IMG/VR virus record: IMGVR_UViG_3300032219_000225
Location: 1-30,396 of that record
Direction: 5' to 3' (one strand)
Length of the DNA stretch: 30,396 bases
From: a virus
Taxonomy: Duplodnaviria > Caudoviricetes
Each line of letters opens with the position of its first letter. Within the stretch, counting starts at the first letter, position 1. Positions 25,730-30,396 of this stretch are shown piece by piece. Under the pieces are notes generated by a model, which ran no database searches, was not told the origin of the DNA, and saw only the letters and a list, made by a program, of their open reading frames with translations. A program made the translations under genes and the position numbers.

Positions 25730-27589
25730 CTAGCCTTTGAATTTTGTTGTAGTTCCATAGCTATCTCCGTATTTAACTTCGCAATCAAGTGGCAGGTTTT
25801 GCGCCCATTTCGGCCTCCATCGCATGCACTCTTGTACATATCGTGCGGCTTCTTCCTTCTCTTCTTCTCTAGCTATGCAAGCCACAGCATCATGGACAGT
25901 CAGCACAACTTGGTAGCGTTCAGCAACTCTAAGCATCTGCTCCCCGATCACGCACCGCGCCAACGCCTGACAGATATTCTCAACAACCTTACCGCCATAG
26001 ATACGCACAGTGCCACGGCGGGTGGAGTAAATGTATTGCTTACGCCCACGTTCGTCAACCGCATCGGGTCTCAAGTCCATGTACTTCAGTGGCAAGCCAC
26101 TGGGCATATCAAACCCTATTCCCGGGAGCACGTTTACCGCTTGAGGTTGCTTTCCAAATACAGAAGTCTTGAGCTTCTCATCTGCCAAAGCATCCAAGCA
26201 TACATGCGCTTCTTCCCATAGAGCGGGTATATGAGAGTACTCATCCCGATAGGTTCTCAATACCTTCTTACACCACTCTTCCGACAGGTCTACCCCAAAT
26301 GCTCGCAACTGCGCACGGAACTTAACGTGACCCATGCCATAGCCGCAACCCAAGATGGTTGTCTTACCAACGAATCGTTCTTCCTCAGTTACATTTTCAA
26401 TATACTGACGGCGGTAAATCTTTGCCGCCATGATGCGGTACACATCCTCGCCGTTAGCAAAAGCGTCTACCAAATCATTCTGACCCGCCAGCCATGCCAG
26501 CACACGGGCTTCAATCTGCGATGAGTCTGAGTCGATCAATACATACCCCTCAGGCGGCACAATGGCGCACTTGAGCTTCGGTGGGGGCGCACCTTTCTTA
26601 CCCCTTGGCAGGTTCTGAAGGTTAAGCTTGTCGTCTCCACCCCATCTGCCTGTGTGAGCAGCGTAGTACCGTAGTGGGACTGGGAGGCTACCGCGCTTGG
26701 ATATGTCGATAAACCTCTGAGTCCGTGTCTCTTCCAAGGTGCTTTTGTTACCCAATCGGGCGGCAACTAACGCTTGCACTTGCAGGTCAGGGTGATCTGC
26801 CAACGCCTTAAACCCATCGTCGTTCTTTGCAAAGGCAAATGTGAGCTTGCCTGTGGTCGGGCTTATCTTCGTCGGTGGCTCAACGCCCAAGTCCACAAGC
26901 ATTTCAGCAAACTTGGGGTTCGACATCAGCGAGTCTTTGTCGGCACTCGCGGCGGCAATCAGTGCTTTCTTCTTGTCTACCACTTCAATCAGGTGTTGCT
27001 CAAGCAGTGGCAGGTTCAGTTGTAGGGCTGGCTTGGTGAACATTCGTAGGGTCAAATCGATAAGGCGCAACTCCTTGTTCTTGAAGCTGGCGCGGAGAAT
27101 CTCAAAGAGCTGATACGTAATCTCTACGTCGTTCTTGCAGTACTCACCATACTGTTGCAGGTCATCAGCACTGAAATCGCGTCGGCGCTTACCCATTGCC
27201 GCTACAACCTCAGTGCCTTTCTTCCCTACGCCGTACCGCTCGGCGGCTTTTGCCAAGCTGTTGCCAACCTCAGTGCCATCAACCGCACGAAGCATAGCCA
27301 GTGTGTCCATCAGCGCAAACGGATGAATACCGAAGTACCACGCCAATATCGCACCGTCAAACATCATGTTGTGGGCGACAACAAAGTACTTCTCCATTTC
27401 AAACTGGTCAAGCCAGTCTTTGGTCTCGCTCTTTGTGCCGCTGAACCATTGTGCTGGCTCGTCCCCAACCTTGACGGATACGCCAATGACTTCAAAGCGA
27501 TCGTCACGGACGTACTCCTCTGTGGTCAGCTTACTCAGACTGAAGTCCTTGTCGTAGTAAGTCTCAAAGTCGATCGTTAGGAAGTTCAT
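25730..27589 (-). CDS. Family A DNA polymerase with 3'-5' exonuclease domain
   Basis: Exo motifs DFET, HN..FD and YC.ND; motif A DSSQIEARVLA, motif B R..GKTTILGCGYG, motif C TVHDA. Confidence 0.95.
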   Translation of the reverse strand: MNFLTIDFETYYDKDFSLSKLTTEEYVRDDRFEVIGVSVKVGDEPAQWFSGTKSETKDWLDQFEMEKYFVVAHNMMFDGAILAWYFGIHPFALMDTLAMLRAVDGTEVGNSLAKAAERYGVGKKGTEVVAAMGKRRRDFSADDLQQYGEYCKNDVEITYQLFEILRASFKNKELRLIDLTLRMFTKPALQLNLPLLEQHLIEVVDKKKALIAAASADKDSLMSNPKFAEMLVDLGVEPPTKISPTTGKLTFAFAKNDDGFKALADHPDLQVQALVAARLGNKSTLEETRTQRFIDISKRGSLPVPLRYYAAHTGRWGGDDKLNLQNLPRGKKGAPPPKLKCAIVPPEGYVLIDSDSSQIEARVLAWLAGQNDLVDAFANGEDVYRIMAAKIYRRQYIENVTEEERFVGKTTILGCGYGMGHVKFRAQLRAFGVDLSEEWCKKVLRTYRDEYSHIPALWEEAHVCLDALADEKLKTSVFGKQPQAVNVLPGIGFDMPSGLPLKYMDLRPDAVDERGRKQYIYSTRRGTVRIYGGKVVENICQALARCVIGEQMLRVAERYQVVLTVHDAVACIAREEEKEEAARYVQECMRWRPKWAQNLPLDCEVKYGDSYGTTTKFKG

Positions 27590-28077
27590 GCTTTAGCGAG
27601 TTCACGGTTGAGATACCAAATAGCTTTCTCAAGGTCTTGCTTCTTGTCGCCTTTGTGCTCGGCTCGGCTGATGTACTTCACGGCGTTACCCATGTTGTAG
27701 TTAAATTCCTTGGCTTCGATGAAGTCGATGGTCTCAATGCCGCCTACCTTGTAATGAGCAGGGTGATCCACTGGATCAGATACTGGTTCTTCCATTGTGA
27801 TCGGCGTGTTGCTTGTAAACATTGCAATGCGCGTCATCTTGGGTTCTCTAAGTATTTTGACTTTCTGTTTTGCGTACTCCGCAGTGGTTACGCCAGTTTT
27901 ATTGGCTAGCATTGCTTCGGTTGCGGTTAGTATGACCTTCTTGGGCATGTTCTTCCTAACCATGTACACAACCTGATATGTTGTATCAAAGCGGGCCGCA
28001 ACATCTTTCAATGCCATGTCGGGGTTTGCTGTAAGGTAACGACGAATTTTTTCTGCTCGGCTTAGTTTCTTTGCCAT
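27586..28077 (-). CDS. DUF3310-type protein with an N-terminal HTH-like segment
   Basis: DPVDHPAHY..GGIETIDFIE, GNAVKYISRA.HK, DLEKAIWYL; the N-terminus has LKDVAARFDTTYQVVY. Confidence 0.85.
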   Translation of the reverse strand: MAKKLSRAEKIRRYLTANPDMALKDVAARFDTTYQVVYMVRKNMPKKVILTATEAMLANKTGVTTAEYAKQKVKILREPKMTRIAMFTSNTPITMEEPVSDPVDHPAHYKVGGIETIDFIEAKEFNYNMGNAVKYISRAEHKGDKKQDLEKAIWYLNRELAKA

Positions 28078-28092
28078 GTTTCTCTCCTGTTG

Positions 28093-28263
28093 TTAAAAAG
28101 GTGCTTGCTCTACTTGCTCAACGACCTGCTTTTTGTGCAAGTTCTCTAACGATTTGCCATTTACTCTGTGGAAAGGCCACCACTTCGTCAGTTCCTCCTG
28201 ACTCAAGATTTTTGGCGTGGTATCTAAGGTTTTGCTTGATGGTTTCTTTGGTTTTGGGGTCAT
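28093..28263 (-). CDS. Hypothetical protein
   Basis: WWPF.RV.G..L ... EQAPF pattern; ends just before the RBS of the next gene. Start uncertain (ATG 28263 or TTG 28278). Confidence 0.55.
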   Translation of the reverse strand: MTPKPKKPSSKTLDTTPKILSQEELTKWWPFHRVNGKSLENLHKKQVVEQVEQAPF

Positions 28264-28417
28264 AACTTTCAAGCTCAAGATGCCTTTGCATTTCTACGCT
28301 TTGTTGTAGAAACTTGCGTATCCACTTTATCCCGCCCAGCCTCATGTACTCCGTGTACTCGGTCGATGTCAACCGCATGTTGACCGCTCTTCCTGTCGCC
28401 GTCTTTTCTTTTCGCAT
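28118..28417 (-). CDS. Ribbon-helix-helix-like DNA-binding protein
   Basis: RBS GAGG before ATG 28417. VNMRLT..EY.....LGG.KWIR..L pattern. Confidence 0.65.
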   Translation of the reverse strand: MRKEKTATGRAVNMRLTSTEYTEYMRLGGIKWIRKFLQQSVEMQRHLELESYDPKTKETIKQNLRYHAKNLESGGTDEVVAFPQSKWQIVRELAQKAGR

Positions 28418-28838
28418 CTGCTTTTTCCTCTGCTATACGTTCTTCTTCTACCCACGCCGCCTCATCTGCAACGTCCTCTTCAAGGGTAGGGTGCGGGGGG
28501 ACATCAGCACTGCACCGCCAACGCAATCTTGCTCGCATAGCTCGAACATCAGCTTCAGACATCTGTTTTGCAGAAATTTTTCCATGTATGGCACGGTTTA
28601 AAAACTCTCTACCGTCCATGCCTATTAATGATGCGTAGTGTAAGAAAAGTGCGCTCTTAAAGAAACGAACACTGCGAATAGCATTAGGGTCAATGTTCAT
28701 TCGGTTCTTACGCTCTTGTGCAATTGGCTTTTGCGTTAAATCTTTCAATGCTTGCGCAATAACAGCGGCTACCAACTGTGCACAACGTTGAGACTGAACA
28801 TCAATTCCGTTTCTTGTAGATAAAAAATCAATACTCAT
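28275..28838 (-). CDS. Hypothetical protein
   Basis: 187 aa; L.AAVIAQAL.D motif; ATGA-coupled to the upstream gene. Confidence 0.7.
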   Translation of the reverse strand: MSIDFLSTRNGIDVQSQRCAQLVAAVIAQALKDLTQKPIAQERKNRMNIDPNAIRSVRFFKSALFLHYASLIGMDGREFLNRAIHGKISAKQMSEADVRAMRARLRWRCSADVPPHPTLEEDVADEAAWVEEERIAEEKADAKRKDGDRKSGQHAVDIDRVHGVHEAGRDKVDTQVSTTKRRNAKAS

Positions 28839-29014
28839 GGCGTCTCTTTCTTGGCATCTATAGTCCCTTGATGGAATGGTGCGTGTTCGTCTAAGTAGTC
28901 TTTGAGTAGCTTCAAAAACCCAACCTCAACACAAGCACGTATCTCTGCCGGTTCAAAGTCACAAATGACAGTCATTGTGCCGTTCTCGTTTTCAACAATT
29001 TCTTTCACTACCAT
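28835..29014 (-). CDS. 59-aa hypothetical protein (not in the ORF track)
   Basis: MVVKEIVENENGTMTVICDFEPAEIRACVEVGFLKLLKDYLDEHAPFHQGTIDAKKETP; RBS AAGGAG; ATGA overlap downstream. Confidence 0.75.
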   Translation of the reverse strand: MVVKEIVENENGTMTVICDFEPAEIRACVEVGFLKLLKDYLDEHAPFHQGTIDAKKETP

Positions 29015-29153
29015 GCTTCTCTCCTTCTCTTTTGTTTAAAAAAATTAAGCCACACTTGGTGCATTTCCAAAGTAACCCCTGCTCTACTATCACTTTGCGT
29101 TGCCCATGCAAGCCACGCAACTTCCCAAAAAATGTTTTGATCTGTTCAATCAT
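28992..29153 (-). CDS. 53-aa zinc-finger-like protein (not in the ORF track)
   Basis: MIEQIKTFFGKLRGLHGQRKVIVEQGLLWKCTKCGLIFLNKREGEKHGSERNC; ATGA-coupled to the upstream gene. Confidence 0.7.
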   Translation of the reverse strand: MIEQIKTFFGKLRGLHGQRKVIVEQGLLWKCTKCGLIFLNKREGEKHGSERNC

Positions 29154-29305
29154 TCTTTCCCCCGCCAAATCCTTATTGCCCTCTTAATTGCGTACCACAA
29201 GCTCCTACGCATAAGCCGTTTCTTTAGCTCTTCGTTCTCCAACAATAGCTCGCTGTTGTGCATGGACATTAGATTCCATGCTTTTTGAATTGCTTCTTTA
29301 TCCAT
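29150..29305 (-). CDS. 51-aa hypothetical protein (not in the ORF track)
   Basis: MDKEAIQKAWNLMSMHNSELLLENEELKKRLMRRSLWYAIKRAIRIWRGKE; RBS GGAGG. Confidence 0.75.
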   Translation of the reverse strand: MDKEAIQKAWNLMSMHNSELLLENEELKKRLMRRSLWYAIKRAIRIWRGKE

Positions 29306-29498
29306 TGTGTTTCCTCCATCTTCTACACAAATCTTTTGCTGCTTTGCTCTTTGGCTTTCTGTTGCACATCTCGCTTATGGATTTCTCTTTTGCTTGCACC
29401 TGTAACTGCCAAGGTGTAATGGGTTTTGGCGGGTCGGGGAATAGGCCATTGAACCCCACCAAACCCAACACTGCGCTGAGAATGAGCTTGTCAATCAT
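29298..29498 (-). CDS. Small protein with an N-terminal hydrophobic/signal-like segment and two Cys
   Basis: 66 aa; ATGA-coupled to the upstream gene. Confidence 0.7.
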   Translation of the reverse strand: MIDKLILSAVLGLVGFNGLFPDPPKPITPWQLQVQAKEKSISEMCNRKPKSKAAKDLCRRWRKHNG

Positions 29499-29617
29499 TT
29501 GTAGACCGCCACCACTTCACCGCCAAATTGTTTTTGTATTTCCTTGGCTGACCCTTCAGTCCAAAAAAACTTAGGTTCATGTTTGTCTTTTGTCCAAACA
29601 TATCCGAATAGTTTCAT
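29495..29617 (-). CDS. 40-aa hypothetical protein (not in the ORF track)
   Basis: MKLFGYVWTKDKHEPKFFWTEGSAKEIQKQFGGEVVAVYK; ATGA overlaps at both ends; RBS AGGGG. Confidence 0.7.
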   Translation of the reverse strand: MKLFGYVWTKDKHEPKFFWTEGSAKEIQKQFGGEVVAVYK

Positions 29618-29880
29618 GCTTGTCCCCTTGCTCTGATGGCATCAGCACAATCCATGCAGGTTACATCCCACATTGACATGTCTGTGTTGCTGTATATGTC
29701 GGGTGCTGGCAAATCCTCGCACACCTTTGCACAGGCTTCACGCTCTGCCGCTGCACTGACGGTCACCAACTCCATCAGGCGTTGCATCATGAAATCGTGT
29801 GTCCAAGTCTGAAAACGCTCAGACTTACCGTACTGCACCGCAATCTCTTTCGCCATCTCAATAATTTCATCTTGTGTCAT
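29614..29880 (-). CDS. Conserved small phage protein (EREACAKVC...CA.AIRARG type)
   Basis: MTQDEIIEMA...AAAEREACAKVCE...CADAIRARGQA; RBS AGGGAG. Confidence 0.8.
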   Translation of the reverse strand: MTQDEIIEMAKEIAVQYGKSERFQTWTHDFMMQRLMELVTVSAAAEREACAKVCEDLPAPDIYSNTDMSMWDVTCMDCADAIRARGQA

Positions 29881-29999
29881 ATCTTCTCCCTAAGCGCAGC
29901 ATTCCATCCCGCCGCCGCAAACTGTTTGGCTATAGGCTCAAGCCAGCGTGTACCAAACCTCCATTCAAAACTATTCTTCCACCAATGTTCAAATGTCAT
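29877..29999 (-). CDS. 40-aa Trp-rich hypothetical protein (not in the ORF track)
   Basis: MTFEHWWKNSFEWRFGTRWLEPIAKQFAAAGWNAALREKI; ATGA overlaps at both ends; RBS AAGGAG. Confidence 0.7.
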   Translation of the reverse strand: MTFEHWWKNSFEWRFGTRWLEPIAKQFAAAGWNAALREKI

Positions 30000-30277
30000 A
30001 GCTTCTCCTTCAAATAAAACTCCATTGCAATACGGTATGGGTTAAGCATTGGAAGCAAGCGATTGGGTTGATATTTTGGGTCATCGGAGTAGTAATAGTA
30101 TTTTGGCTTGCTCTCATCTACGCTGGTAACAACTGTCCCATCAACAACGTGGTGACACCTTGTTTCATCAACCCGAATGGCGTAGCCCTCTGCCCTTGCC
30201 ACAGCCAACTTCAATTCAATGCTTCCAATGGGAACATAGTTCTTGATGGTGTCGTCTTTTTCAATCAACTCATTCAT
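29996..30277 (-). CDS. Hypothetical protein
   Basis: ATG at 30277 after AGGGAG is preferred over the track start at 30322; ends KEKL. Confidence 0.7.
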   Translation of the reverse strand: MNELIEKDDTIKNYVPIGSIELKLAVARAEGYAIRVDETRCHHVVDGTVVTSVDESKPKYYYYSDDPKYQPNRLLPMLNPYRIAMEFYLKEKL

Positions 30278-30396
30278 AGCTTCTCCCTTGTCCATGCAAG
30301 GACGGTATAAATCATTGACCAAGGTAAGAACTTGGTGCAGCTACAACACCACACCCATTGTTTGTCTTTGCTCAAACGCCACAGTGCGTGGTTCTC
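30274..30396 (-). CDS. 3' end of a hypothetical protein, truncated by the window edge
   Basis: Open frame ENHALWRLSKDKQWVWCCSCTKFLPWSMIYTVLAWTREKL, with the stop overlapping ATG 30277. Confidence 0.6.
   Translation of the reverse strand, partial: ENHALWRLSKDKQWVWCCSCTKFLPWSMIYTVLAWTREKL

Noticed and set aside
18797-30310. Many plus-strand ORFs under the replication and early genes
   Set aside because: Antisense shadows; the minus strand is already fully tiled by coupled genes.

Overview
A 30.4-kb segment of a tailed dsDNA phage genome, probably a podovirus-type phage. The gene families resemble those of uncultured aquatic phages of Proteobacteria, but the host is inferred. There are two convergent arms. 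The + strand (1-18523) holds late/virion genes: tail-fibre accessory genes, a tail fibre, a lysis block (two membrane-anchored coiled-coil proteins, a 3TM-type holin, an M15 peptidase endolysin), a P22 gp10-like tail hub, a GNAT-like protein, two putative ejection proteins and a 2282-aa polyvalent protein with HExxH and PLxRFG motifs. The - strand (30396-18595) holds a run of small translationally coupled early genes, a DUF3310-like gene, a family A DNA polymerase (Leu762 type), a PD-(D/E)xK exonuclease, an HNH protein, an SNF2 helicase, a Gam/gp33-like protein, a putative SSB, an HTH protein and a primase-helicase. The arms meet at a terminator near 18525-18550. The most unusual signals are: (1) a 68-aa gene with a strong Shine-Dalgarno sequence overprinted in the +1 frame inside the giant virion protein gene; (2) a recurring [YMF]-A-x-G-G motif in both putative ejection proteins, possibly marking processing sites; (3) a lysis-block gene that seems to need a non-canonical ATT start; (4) a consensus sigma70 promoter with separate palindromes over its -35 and -10 boxes; (5) a repeated RBS/stop/start junction cassette between the small early genes. 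No integrase, tRNA, CRISPR array or reverse transcriptase was seen. All family calls are from motif recognition by eye; no searches were run.
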